Assembly: GCA_032718475.1 (NCBI GenBank)
Contig: JAUCBJ010006203.1
Location: forward strand, 1-56,005
DNA: 56,005 bases
Reading direction: 5' to 3'
Source of the DNA: Nemertoderma westbladi
Lineage: Eukaryota > Animalia > Xenacoelomorpha
Part shown: piece after piece, positions 37,252 through 50,319 of the stretch
Numbering within the stretch: position 1 is the first letter of the stretch
Layout of the letters: each line of letters opens with the position of its first letter
The notes under the pieces: generated by a model
Databases searched by the model: none
What the model was told of the DNA's origin: nothing
What the model saw: the letters and a program-made list of their open reading frames with translations, nothing else
Position numbers and translations under genes: made by a program

Positions 37252-40200
37252 GTAAGTCTCTATGTGTCCGCAACGTAAGTCTCTATGTGTCCGCAAGGTA
37301 AGCCTCTATGTGTCCGCAAGGTAAGTCTCTATGTGTCCGCAAGGTAAGTCTCTATGTGTCCGCAAGGTAAGTCTCTATGTGTCCGCAAGGTGTAAGTCTC
37401 TATGTGTCCGCAAGGTAAGTCTCTATGTGTCCGCAAGGTAAGTCTCTATGTGTCCGCAACGTAAGTCTCTATGTGTCCGCAACGTAAGTCTCTATGTGTC
37501 CGCAAGGTAAGTCTCTGTGTCCGCAAGGTAAGTCTCTATGTGTCCGCAAGGTAAGTCTCTATGTGTCCGCAACGTAAGTCTCTATGTGTCCGCAAGTAAG
37601 TCTCTATGTGTCCGCAAGGTAAGTCTCTATGTGTCCGCAAGGTAAGTCTCTATGTGTCCGCAAGGTAAGTCTCTATGTGTCCGCAAGGTAAGTCTCTATG
37701 TGTCCGCAAGGTAAGTCTCTATGTGTCCGCAAGGTAAGTCTCTATGTGTCCGCAAGGTAAGTCTCTATGTGTCCGCAAGGTAAGTCTCTATGTGTCCGCA
37801 AGGTAAGTCTCTATGTGTCCGCAAGGTAAGTCTCTATGTGTCCGCAAGGTAAGTCTCTATGTGTCCGCAAGGTAAGTCTCTATGTGTCCGCAAGGTAAGT
37901 CTCTATGTGTCCGCAAGGTAAGTCTCTATGTGTCCGCAAGGTAAGTCTCTATGTGTCCGCAAGGTAAGTCTCTATGTGTCCGCAAGGTAAGTCTCTATGT
38001 GTCCGCAAGGTAAGTCTCTATGTGTCCGCAAGGTAAGTCTCTATGTGTCCGCAAGGTAAGTCTCTATGTGTCCGCAAGGTAAGTCTCTATGTGTCCGCAA
38101 GGTAAGTCTCTATGTGTCCGCAAGGTAAGTCTCTATGTGTCCGCAAGGTAAGTCTCTATGTGTCCGCAACGTAAGTCTCTGTGTCCGCAAGGTAAGTCTA
38201 TGTGTCCGCAAGGTAAGTCTCTATGTGTCCGCAAGGTAAGTCTCTATGTGTCCGCAAGGTAAGTCTCTATGTGTCCGCAAGGTAAGTCTCTATGTGTCCG
38301 CAAGGTAAGTCTCTATGTGTCCGCAAGGTAAGTCTCTATGTGTCCGCAAGGTAAGTCTCTATGTGTCCGCAAGGTAAGTCTCTATGTGTCCGCAAGGTAA
38401 GTCTCTATGTGTCCGCAAGGTAAGTCTCTATGTGTCCGCAAGGTAAGTCTCTATGTGTCCGCAAGGTAAGTCTCTATGTGTCCGCAAGGTAAGTCTCTAT
38501 GTGTCCGCAAGGTAAGTCTCTATGTGTCCGCAAGGTAAGTCTCTATGTGTCCGCAAGGTAAGTCTCTATGTGTCCGCAAGGTAAGTCTCTATGTGTCCGC
38601 AAGGTAAGTCTCTATGTGTCCGCAAGGTAAGTCTCTATGTGTCCGCAAGGTAAGTCTCTATGTGTCCGCAAGGTAAGTCTCTATGTGTCCGCAAGGTAAG
38701 TCTCTATGTGTCCGCAAGGTAAGTCTCTATGTGTCCGCAAGGTAAGTCTCTATGTGTCCGCAAGGTAAGTCTCTATGTGTCCGCAAGGTAAGTCTCTATG
38801 TGTCCGCAAGGTAAGTCTCTATGTGTCCGCAAGGTAAGTCTCTATGTGTCCGCAAGGTAAGTCTCTATGTGTCCGCAAGGTAAGTCTCTATGTGTCCGCA
38901 AGGTAAGTCTCTATGTGTCCGCAAGGTAAGTCTCTATGTGTCCGCAAGGTAAGTCTCTATGTGTCCGCAAGGTAAGTCTCTATGTGTCCGCAAGGTAAGT
39001 CTCTATGTGTCCGCAAGGTAAGTCTCTATGTGTCCGCAAGGTAAGTCTCTATGTGTCCGCAAGGTAAGTCTCTATGTGTCCGCAAGGTAAGTCTCTATGT
39101 GTCCGCAAGGTAAGTCTCTATGTGTCCGCAAGGTAAGTCTCTATGTGTCCGCAAGGTAAGTCTCTATGTGTCCGCAAGGTAAGTCTCTATGTGTCCGCAA
39201 GGTAAGTCTCTATGTGTCCGCAAGGTAAGTCTCTATGTGTCCGCAAGGTAAGTCTCTATGTGTCCGCAAGGTAAGTCTCTATGTGTCCGCAAGGTAAGTC
39301 TCTATGTGTCCGCAAGGTAAGTCTCTATGTGTCCGCAAGGTAAGTCTCTATGTGTCCGCAAGGTAAGTCTCTATGTGTCCGCAAGGTAAGTCTCTATGTG
39401 TCCGCAAGGTAAGTCTCTATGTGTCCGCAAGGTAAGTCTCTATGTGTCCGCAAGGTAAGTCTCTATGTGTCCGCAAGGTAAGTCTCTATGTGTCCGCAAG
39501 GTAAGTCTCTATGTGTCCGCAAGGTAAGTCTCTATGTGTCCGCAAGGTAAGTCTCTATGTGTCCGCAAGGTAAGTCTCTATGTGTCCGCAAGGTAAGTCT
39601 CTATGTGTCCGCAAGGTAAGTCTCTATGTGTCCGCAAGGTAAGTCTCTATGTGTCCGCAAGGTAAGTCTCTATGTGTCCGCAAGGTAAGTCTCTATGTGT
39701 CCGCAAGGTAAGTCTCTATGTGTCCGCAAGGTAAGTCTCTATGTGTCCGCAAGGTAAGTCTCTATGTGTCCGCAAGGTAAGTCTCTATGTGTCCGCAAGG
39801 TAAGTCTCTATGTGTCCGCAAGGTAAGTCTCTATGTGTCCGCAAGGTAAGTCTCTATGTGTCCGCAAGGTAAGTCTCTATGTGTCCGCAAGGTAAGTCTC
39901 TATGTGTCCGCAAGGTAAGTCTCTATGTGTCCGCAAGGTAAGTCTCTATGTGTCCGCAAGGTAAGTCTCTATGTGTCCGCAAGGTAAGTCTCTATGTGTC
40001 CGCAAGGTAAGTCTCTATGTGTCCGCAAGGTAAGTCTCTATGTGTCCGCAAGGTAAGTCTCTATGTGTCCGCAAGGTAAGTCTCTATGTGTCCGCAAGGT
40101 AAGTCTCTATGTGTCCGCAAGGTAAGTCTCTATGTGTCCGCAAGGTAAGTCTCTATGTGTCCGCAAGGTAAGTCTCTATGTGTCCGCAAGGTAAGTCTCT

Positions 40201-43200
40201 ATGTGTCCGCAAGGTAAGTCTCTATGTGTCCGCAAGGTAAGTCTCTATGTGTCCGCAAGGTAAGTCTCTATGTGTCCGCAAGGTAAGTCTCTATGTGTCC
40301 GCAAGGTAAGTCTCTATGTGTCCGCAAGGTAAGTCTCTATGTGTCCGCAAGGTAAGTCTCTATGTGTCCGCAAGGTAAGTCTCTATGTGTCCGCAAGGTA
40401 AGTCTCTATGTGTCCGCAAGGTAAGTCTCTATGTGTCCGCAAGGTAAGTCTCTATGTGTCCGCAAGGTAAGTCTCTATGTGTCCGCAAGGTAAGTCTCTA
40501 TGTGTCCGCAAGGTAAGTCTCTATGTGTCCGCAAGGTAAGTCTCTATGTGTCCGCAAGGTAAGTCTCTATGTGTCCGCAAGGTAAGTCTCTATGTGTCCG
40601 CAAGGTAAGTCTCTATGTGTCCGCAAGGTAAGTCTCTATGTGTCCGCAAGGTAAGTCTCTATGTGTCCGCAAGGTAAGTCTCTATGTGTCCGCAAGGTAA
40701 GTCTCTATGTGTCCGCAAGGTAAGTCTCTATGTGTCCGCAAGGTAAGTCTCTATGTGTCCGCAAGGTAAGTCTCTATGTGTCCGCAAGGTAAGTCTCTAT
40801 GTGTCCGCAAGGTAAGTCTCTATGTGTCCGCAAGGTAAGTCTCTATGTGTCCGCAAGGTAAGTCTCTATGTGTCCGCAAGGTAAGTCTCTATGTGTCCGC
40901 AAGGTAAGTCTCTATGTGTCCGCAAGGTAAGTCTCTATGTGTCCGCAAGGTAAGTCTCTATGTGTCCGCAAGGTAAGTCTCTATGTGTCCGCAAGGTAAG
41001 TCTCTATGTGTCCGCAAGGTAAGTCTCTATGTGTCCGCAAGGTAAGTCTCTATGTGTCCGCAAGGTAAGTCTCTATGTGTCCGCAAGGTAAGTCTCTATG
41101 TGTCCGCAAGGTAAGTCTCTATGTGTCCGCAAGGTAAGTCTCTATGTGTCCGCAAGGTAAGTCTCTATGTGTCCGCAAGGTAAGTCTCTATGTGTCCGCA
41201 AGGTAAGTCTCTATGTGTCCGCAAGGTAAGTCTCTATGTGTCCGCAAGGTAAGTCTCTATGTGTCCGCAAGGTAAGTCTCTATGTGTCCGCAAGGTAAGT
41301 CTCTATGTGTCCGCAAGGTAAGTCTCTATGTGTCCGCAAGGTAAGTCTCTATGTGTCCGCAAGGTAAGTCTCTATGTGTCCGCAAGGTAAGTCTCTATGT
41401 GTCCGCAAGGTAAGTCTCTATGTGTCCGCAAGGTAAGTCTCTATGTGTCCGCAAGGTAAGTCTCTATGTGTCCGCAAGGTAAGTCTCTATGTGTCCGCAA
41501 GGTAAGTCTCTATGTGTCCGCAAGGTAAGTCTCTATGTGTCCGCAAGGTAAGTCTCTATGTGTCCGCAAGGTAAGTCTCTATGTGTCCGCAAGGTAAGTC
41601 TCTATGTGTCCGCAAGGTAAGTCTCTATGTGTCCGCAAGGTAAGTCTCTATGTGTCCGCAAGGTAAGTCTCTATGTGTCCGCAAGGTAAGTCTCTATGTG
41701 TCCGCAAGGTAAGTCTCTATGTGTCCGCAAGGTAAGTCTCTATGTGTCCGCAAGGTAAGTCTCTATGTGTCCGCAAGGTAAGTCTCTATGTGTCCGCAAG
41801 GTAAGTCTCTATGTGTCCGCAAGGTAAGTCTCTATGTGTCCGCAAGGTAAGTCTCTATGTGTCCGCAAGGTAAGTCTCTATGTGTCCGCAAGGTAAGTCT
41901 CTATGTGTCCGCAAGGTAAGTCTCTATGTGTCCGCAAGGTAAGTCTCTATGTGTCCGCAAGGTAAGTCTCTATGTGTCCGCAAGGTAAGTCTCTATGTGT
42001 CCGCAAGGTAAGTCTCTATGTGTCCGCAAGGTAAGTCTCTATGTGTCCGCAAGGTAAGTCTCTATGTGTCCGCACGGTAAGTCTCTATGTGTCCGCAAGG
42101 TAAGTCTCTGTGTCCGCAAGGTAATCTCTATGTGTCCGCAAGGTAAGTCTCTATGTGTCCGCAAGGTAAGTCTCTATGTGTCCGCAAGGTAAGTCTCTAT
42201 GTGTCCGCAAGGTAAGTCTCTATGTGTCCGCAAGGTAAGTCTCTATGTGTCCGCAACGTAAGTCTCTATGTGTCCGCAACGTAAGTCTCTATGTGTCCGC
42301 AACGTAAGTCTCTATGTGTCCGCAAGGTAAGTCTCTATGTGTCCGCAAGGTAAGTCTCTATGTGTCCGCAACGTAAGTCTCTATGTGTCCGCAACGTAAG
42401 TCTCTATGTGTCCGCACGGTAAGTCTCTATGTGTCCGCAAGGTAAGTCTCTATGTGTCCGCAAGGTAAGTCTCTATGTGTCCGCACGGTAAGTCTCTATG
42501 TGTCCGCAAGGTAAGTCTCTATGTGTCCGCAAGGTAAGTCTCTATGTGTCCGCAAGGTAAGTCTCTATGTGTCCGCAAGGTAAGTCTCTATGTGTCCGCA
42601 AGGTAAGTCTATATGTGTCCGCAAGGTAAGTCTCTATGTGTCCGCAAGGTAAGTCTCTATGTGTCCGCAAGGTAAGTCTCTATGTGTCCGCAAGGTAAGT
42701 CTCTATGTGTCCGCAAGGTAAGTCTCTATGTGTCCGCAAGGTAAGTCTCTATGTGTCCGCAAGGTAAGTCTCTATGTGTCCGCAAGGTAAGTCTCTATGT
42801 GTCCGCAAGGTAAGTCTCTATGTGTCCGCAAGGTAAGTCTCTATGTGTCCGCAAGGTAAGTCTCTATGTGTCCGCAACGTAAGTCTCTATGTGTCCGCAA
42901 CGTAAGTCTCTATGTGTCCGCAAGGTAGTCTCTATGTGTCCGCAAGGTAAGTCTCTATGTGTCCGCAAGGTAAGTCTCTATGTGTCCGCAACGTAAGTCT
43001 CTGTGTCCGCAAGGTAAGCCTCTATGTGTCCGCAAGGTAAGTCTCTATGTGTCCGCAACGTAAGTCTCTATGTGTCCGCAAGGTAAGTCTCTATGTGTCC
43101 GCAAGGTAAGTCTCTATGTGTCCGCAAGGTAAGTCTCTATGTGTCCGCAACGTAAGTCTCTATGTGTCCGCAAGGTAAGTCTCTATGTGTCCGCAAGGTA

Positions 43201-45053
43201 AGTCTCTATGTGTCCGCAAGGTAAGTCTCTATGTGTCCGCAAGGTAAGTCGCTATGTGTCCGCACGGTAAGTCTCTATGTGTCCGCAAGGTAAGCCTCTA
43301 TGTGTCCGCAAGGTAAGTCTCTATGTCCGCAAGGTAAGTCTCTATGTGTCCGCAAGGTAAGTCGCTATGTGTCCGCAAGGTAAGTCTCTATGTGTCCGCA
43401 AGGTAAGTCTCTATGTGTCCGCAAGGTAAGTCTCTATGTGTCCGCAAGGTAAGTCTCTATGTGTCCGCAAGGTAAGCCTCTATGTGTCCGCAAGGTAAGT
43501 CTCTATGTCCGCAAGGTAAGTCTCTATGTGTCCGCAAGGTAAGTATCTATGTGTCCGCAAGGTAAGTCTCTATGTGTCCGCAAGGTAAGTCTCTATGTGT
43601 CCGCAAGGTAAGTCTCTATGTGTCCGCAAGGTAAGTCGCTATGTGTCCGCAAGGTAAGTCTCTATGTGTCCGCAAGGTAAGTCTCTATGTGTCCGCAAGG
43701 TAAGTCTCTATGTGTCCGCAAGGTAAGTCTATATGTGTCCGCAAGGTAAGTCTCTATGTGTCCGCAAGGTAAGTCTCTATGTGTCCGCAAGGTAAGTCTC
43801 TATGTGTCCGCAAGGTAAGTCTCTATGTGTCCGCAAGGTAAGTCTCTATGTGTCCGCAAGGTAAGTCTATATGTGTCCGCAAGGTAAGTCTCTGTGTCCG
43901 CAAGGTAAGTCTCTATGTGTCCGCAAGGTAAGTCTCTATGTGTCCGCACGGTAAGTCTCTATGTGTCCGCAAGGTAAGTCTCTATGTGTTCGCAAGGTAA
44001 GTCTCTATGTGTCTGCAAGGTAAGTCTCTATGTGTCCGCAAGGTAAGTCTCTATGTGTCCGCACGGTAAGTCTCTATGTGTCCGCAAGGTAAGTCTATAT
44101 GTGTCCGCAAGGTAAGTCTCTATGTGTCCGCAAGGTAAGTCTCTATGTGTCCGCAAGGTAAGTCTCTATGTGTCCGCAAGGTAAGTCTCTATGTGTCCGC
44201 AAGGTAAGTCTCTATGTGTCCGCAAGGTAAGTCTATATGTGTCCGCAAGGTAAGTCTCTATGTGTCCGCAAGGTAAGTCTCTATGTGTCCGCAAGGTAAG
44301 TCTCTATGTGTCCGCAAGGTAAGTCTCTATGTGTCCGCAAGGTAAGTCTCTATGTGTCCGCAAGGTAAGTCTCTATGTGTCCGCAACGTAAGTCTCTATG
44401 TGTCCGCAACGTAAGTCTCTATGTGTCCGCAAGGTAAGTCTCTATGTGTCCGCAAGGTAAGTCTCTATGTGTCCGCAAGGTAAGTCTCTATGTGTCCGCA
44501 ACGTAAGTCTCTGTGTCCGCAAGGTAAGCCTCTATGTGTCCGCAAGGTAAGTCTCTATGTGTCCGCAACGTAAGTCTCTATGTGTCCGCAAGGTAAGTCT
44601 CTATGTGTCCGCAAGGTAAGTCTCTATGTGTCCGCAAGGTAAGTCTCTATGTGTCCGCAACGTAAGTCTCTATGTGTCCGCAAGGTAAGTCTCTATGTGT
44701 CCGCAACGTAAGTCTCTATGTGTCCGCAAGGTAAGTCTCTATGTGTCCGCAAGGTAAGTCTCTATGTGTCCGCAAGGTAAGTCTCTATGTGTCCGCAAGG
44801 TAAGTCTCTATGTGTCCGCAAGGTAAGTCTCTATGTGTCCGCAAGGTAAGTCTCTATGTGTCCGCAAGGTAAGTCTATGTGTCCGCAAGGTAAGTCTCTA
44901 TGTGTCCGCAAGGTAAGTCTCTATGTGTCCGCACGGTAAGTCTCTATGTGTCCGCAAGGTAAGTCTCTATGTGTTCGCAAGGTAAGTCTCTATGTGTCCG
45001 CAAGGTAAGTCTATGTGTCCGCAAGGTAAGTCTCTATGTGTCCGCAAGGTAAG
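37241..45053 (+). repeat. 23-bp minisatellite (~340 copies) built from the exon E 3' end plus its 5' splice site
   Basis: Unit gtgtccgcaag|gtaagtctctat; the first copy is the real exon end gtgtccgcacg|gtaagt. Confidence 0.98.
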
Positions 45054-45467
45054 CGTATGGGGGAAGCCACTGTGATTCATTACGTTATGTTCTATTGAAT
45101 TTAATAAATTGAAATATAATATTATCATTGATGATGTGTTGATAGTATTTTGTTTAGTTATAAATCAATAGTAATTACATTCGTTGGCTGTGATTTGCTC
45201 GGTTGTAAATTTATTATTTTTCTTCATTTATTTATATAAAGTTGTCCATCCAAAGTCCAATATATTATTATTATACGTAATCATGTTATGCCTGTAAGGC
45301 CAAAGTCTCAATGGAAAATTGAAACTGTTTTTAAAAACTAGAGCCGGGAATGAGTTTCTGGACTTTCCGAATTGATGCAAAAATTTACTGATATAATTTT
45401 GGGGAATTTTGTTCACTATAAACTTTCTATTGATCGAGTATTATATATCATGTATTTATTACCACAG

Positions 45468-45531
45468 GACCTCCACTAGCTCGACTGCCCAGGTTGTCTC
45501 AGATGAAGGTGAGACTGACATGGATGAGTAG
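45468..45531 (+). CDS. ZRANB1: ZRANB1/Trabid probable last coding exon
   Basis: ccacag|G acceptor matches phase 2. It encodes TSTSSTAQVVSDEGETDMDE*, an acidic tail like the Trabid C-terminus (SDGEEDEDDEDE). Confidence 0.78.
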
Positions 45532-46111
45532 ACCCTATTAGTAGACGCGACGCCACATTGTGGAGAGTAACTGAATGCATCGCGAATTAGCTAAACATCC
45601 GGGGGGGGGGGGGGGGGGGTACCTTGACCATAGTGAGTCCCAGATAGAAACACACAGCTATCCAATGTTAAGCATTATAATTATAAATGTTATTGAATAC
45701 AATATGATTTGAGTTTTTGTTTAAAATTTCTCGCAGAATCACCATGGAGCGGACCAGACACTCAGACTATATCCGTCATTAAACCTCTATGGGGGTGGCT
45801 GTTTGTTTCTATTGGGGTCGAGTCGACTCTGGGGTTCGGACTGCACAAGTCTGCGATTTAGCTTTGTGTTTGATAGTTGTTGGTTGGTGCAAATGTAGTA
45901 TTGTAAGCAATAGCTAATTGTTATTAATTAATTAATGAGTTTTAATACTTCGGTCACTAAACTATTAGCCGAACTTATTCACCGAGTTTCTGAGTTGGTT
46001 GTTCTCTCTTCCCATTTGCAGCACATTTAGTTTGTGGTAGAAAATAATTTTTTAATTGTGTTGTTTAAATTTTGAAGAAAGTTTTATATTTGAGTTCCTC
46101 TGTAAATTCCA

Positions 46112-49100
46112 TTTAACGGACGCTTCATACCCGCGCCTGTATGTCGCGTTTAACGGACAGCTTCATACCCGCGCCTGTATGTCCCGTTTAACGGACAGCT
46201 TCATACCCGCGCCTGTATGTCGCGTTTAACGGACAGCTTCATACCCGCGCCTTTATGTCCCGTTTAACGGACGCTTCATACCCACGCCTGTATGTCGCGT
46301 TTGACGGACAGCTTCATACCCGCGCCTATATGTCGCGTTTAACGGACAGCTTCATACCCGCGCCTATATGTCCCGTTTAACGGACAGCTTCATACCCGCG
46401 CCTGTATGTCCCGTTTAACGGACAGCTTCATACCCGCGCCTGTATGTCGCGTTTAACGGACAGCTTCATACCCGCGCCTGTATGTCGCGTTTAACGGACA
46501 GCTTCATACCCGCGTCTGTATGTCGCGTTTAACGGACAGCTTCATACCCACGCCTGTATGTCGCGTTTAACGGACAGCTTAATACCCGCGCCTGTATGTC
46601 GCGTTTAACGGACAGCTTCATACCCGCGCCTGTATGTCCCGTTTAACGGACAGCTTCATACCCGCGCCTGTATGTCCCGTTTAACGGACAGCTTCATACC
46701 CGCGCCTTTATGTCCCGTTTAACGGACAGCTTCATACCCGCGCCTTTATGTCCCGTTTAACGGACGCTTCATACCCACGCCTGTATGTCGCGTTTGACGG
46801 ACAGCTTCATACCCGCGCCTGTATGTCCCGTTTAACGGACAGCTTCATACCCGCGCCTGTATGTCCCGTTTAACGGACAGCTTCATACCCGCGCCTGTAT
46901 GTCGCGTTTAACGGACAGCTTCATACCCGCGCCTGTATGTCCCGTTTAACGGACAGCTTCATACCCGCGCCTGTATGTCGCGTTTAACGGACAGCTTCAT
47001 ACCCGCGCCTGTATGTCCCGTTTAACGGACAGCTTCATACCCGCGCCTGTATGTCCCGTTTAACGGACAGCTTCATACCCGCGCCTTTATGTCCCGTTTA
47101 ACGGACGCTTCATACCCACGCCTGTATGTCGCGTTTGACGGACAGCTTCATACCCGCGCCTATATGTCGCGTTTAACGGACAGCTTCATACCCGCGCCTG
47201 TATGTCCCGTTTAACGGACAGCTTCATACCCGCGCCTGTATGTCCCGTTTAACGGACAGCTTCATACCCGCGCCTGTATGTCGCGTTTAACGGACAGCTT
47301 CATACCCGCGCCTGTATGTCCCGTTTAACGGACAGCTTCATACCCGCGCCTGTATGTCGCGTTTAACGGACAGCTTCATACCCGCGCCTGTATGTCCCGT
47401 TTAACGGACAGCTTCATACCCGCGCCTGTATGTCCCGTTTAACGGACAGCTTCATACCCGCGCCTTTATGTCCCGTTTAACGGACGCTTCATACCCACGC
47501 CTGTATGTCGCGTTTGACGGACAGCTTCATACCCGCGCCTATATGTCGCGTTTAACGGACAGCTTCATACCCGCGCCTGTATGTCCCGTTTAACGGACAG
47601 CTTCATACCCGCGCCTGTATGTCCCGTTTAACGGACAGCTTCATACCCGCGCCTGTATGTCGCGTTTAACGGACAGCTTCATACCCGCGCCTGTATGTCC
47701 CGTTTAACGGACAGCTTCATACCCGCGCCTGTATGTCCCGTTTAACGGACAGCTTCATACCCGCGCCTATATGTCGCGTTTAACGGACGCTTCATACCCA
47801 CGCCTGTATGTCGCGTTTGACGGACAGCTTCATACCCGCGCCTATATGTCGCGTTTAACGGACAGCTTCATACCCGCGCCTGTATGTCCCGTTTAACGGA
47901 CAGCTTCATACCCGCGCCTGTATGTCCCGTTTAACGGACAGCTTCATACCCGCGCCTTTATGTCCCGTTTAACGGACAGCTTCATACCCGCGCCTGTATG
48001 TCCCGTTTAACGGACAGCTTCATACCCGCGCCTGTATGTCGCGTTTAACGGACAGCTTCATACCCGCGCCTTTATGTCCCGTTTAACGGACAGCTTCATA
48101 CCCACGCCTGTATGTCGCGTTTAACGGACAGCTTCATACCCGCGCCTGTATGTCGCGTTTGACGGACAGCTTCATACCCGCGCCTGTATGTCCCGTTTAA
48201 CGGACAGCTTCATACCCGCGCCTGTATGTCCCGTTTAACGGACAGCTTCATACCCGCGCCTGTATGTCGCGTTTAACGGACAGCTTCATACCCGCGCCTG
48301 TATGTCCCGTTTAACGGACAGCTTCATACCCGCGCCTGTATGTCGCGTTTAACGGACAGCTTCATACCCGCGCCTGTATGTCCCGTTTAACGGACAGCTT
48401 CATACCCGCGCCTGTATGTCCCGTTTAACGGACAGCTTCATACCCGCGCCTTTATGTCCCGTTTAACGGACGCTTCATACCCACGCCTGTATGTCGCGTT
48501 TGACGGACAGCTTCATACCCGCGCCTATATGTCGCGTTTAACGGACAGCTTCATACCCGCGCCTGTATGTCCCGTTTAACGGACAGCTTCATACCCGCGC
48601 CTGTATGTCCCGTTTAACGGACAGCTTCATACCCGCGCCTGTATGTCGCGTTTAACGGACAGCTTCATACCCGCGCCTGTATGTCCCGTTTAACGGACAG
48701 CTTCATACCCGCGCCTGTATGTCGCGTTTAACGGACAGCTTCATACCCGCGCCTGTATGTCCCGTTTAACGGACAGCTTCATACCCGCGCCTGTATGTCC
48801 CGTTTAACGGACAGCTTCATACCCGCGCCTTTATGTCCCGTTTAACGGACGCTTCATACCCACGCCTGTATGTCGCGTTTGACGGACAGCTTCATACCCG
48901 CGCCTATATGTCGCGTTTAACGGACAGCTTCATACCCGCGCCTGTATGTCCCGTTTAACGGACAGCTTCATACCCGCGCCTGTATGTCCCGTTTAACGGA
49001 CAGCTTCATACCCGCGCCTGTATGTCGCGTTTAACGGACAGCTTCATACCCGCGCCTGTATGTCCCGTTTAACGGACAGCTTCATACCCGCGCCTGTATG

Positions 49101-50245
49101 TCCCGTTTAACGGACAGCTTCATACCCGCGCCTATATGTCGCGTTTAACGGACGCTTCATACCCACGCCTGTATGTCGCGTTTGACGGACAGCTTCATAC
49201 CCGCGCCTATATGTCGCGTTTAACGGACAGCTTCATACCCGCGCCTGTATGTCCCGTTTAACGGACAGCTTCATACCCGCGCCTGTATGTCCCGTTTAAC
49301 GGACAGCTTCATACCCGCGCCTTTATGTCCCGTTTAACGGACAGCTTCATACCCGCGCCTGTATGTCCCGTTTAACGGACAGCTTCATACCCGCGCCTGT
49401 ATGTCGCGTTTAACGGACAGCTTCATACCCGCGCCTTTATGTCCCGTTTAACGGACAGCTTCATACCCACGCCTGTATGTCGCGTTTAACGGACAGCTTC
49501 ATACCCGCGCCTGTATGTCGCGTTTAACGGACAGCTTCATACCCGCGCCTGTATGTCCCGTTTAACGGACAGCTTCATACCCGCGTCTGTATGTCCCGTT
49601 TAACGGACAGCTTCATACCCACGCCTGTATGTCGCGTTTAACGGACAGCTTCATACCCGCGCCTGTATGTCGCGTTTAACGGACAGCTTCATACCCGCGC
49701 CTGTATGTCGCGTTTAACGGACAGCTTCATACCCACGCCTGTATGTCGCGTTTAACGGACAGCTTCATACCCGCGCCTGTATGTCGCGTTTAACGGACAG
49801 CTTCATACCCGCGCCTGTATGTCCCGTTTAACGGACAGCTTCATACCCGCGCCTGTATGTCGCGTTTAACGGACAGCTTCATACCCGCGCCTATATGTCG
49901 CGTTTAACGGACAGCTTCATACCCGCGCCTGTATGTCGCGTTTAACGGACAGCTTCATACCCGCGCCTGTATGTCGCGTTTAACGGACAGCTTCATACCC
50001 GCGCCTATATGTCGCGTTTAACGGACAGCTTCATACCCGCGCCTGTATGTCCCGTTTAACGGACAGCTTCATACCCGCGCCTTTATGTCCCGTTTAACGG
50101 ACAGCTTCATACCCACGCCTGTATGTCGCGTTTAACGGACAGCTTCATACCCGCGCCTGTATGTCGCGTTTAACGGACAGCTTCATACCCGCGCCTATAT
50201 GTCGCGTTTAACGGACAGCTTCGTACCCGCGCCTGTATGTCGCGT
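46112..50245. repeat. 38-bp minisatellite (~109 copies) with higher-order structure
   Basis: Unit tttaacggacagcttcatacccgcgcctgtatgtcScg. Confidence 0.97.
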
Positions 50246-50319
50246 CGCTGTTAACATTTTCTATTAAACGGGGGCGAAACTGTTTATATTTAATATTTTC
50301 TATAAAAGGTTTTTGTTTT

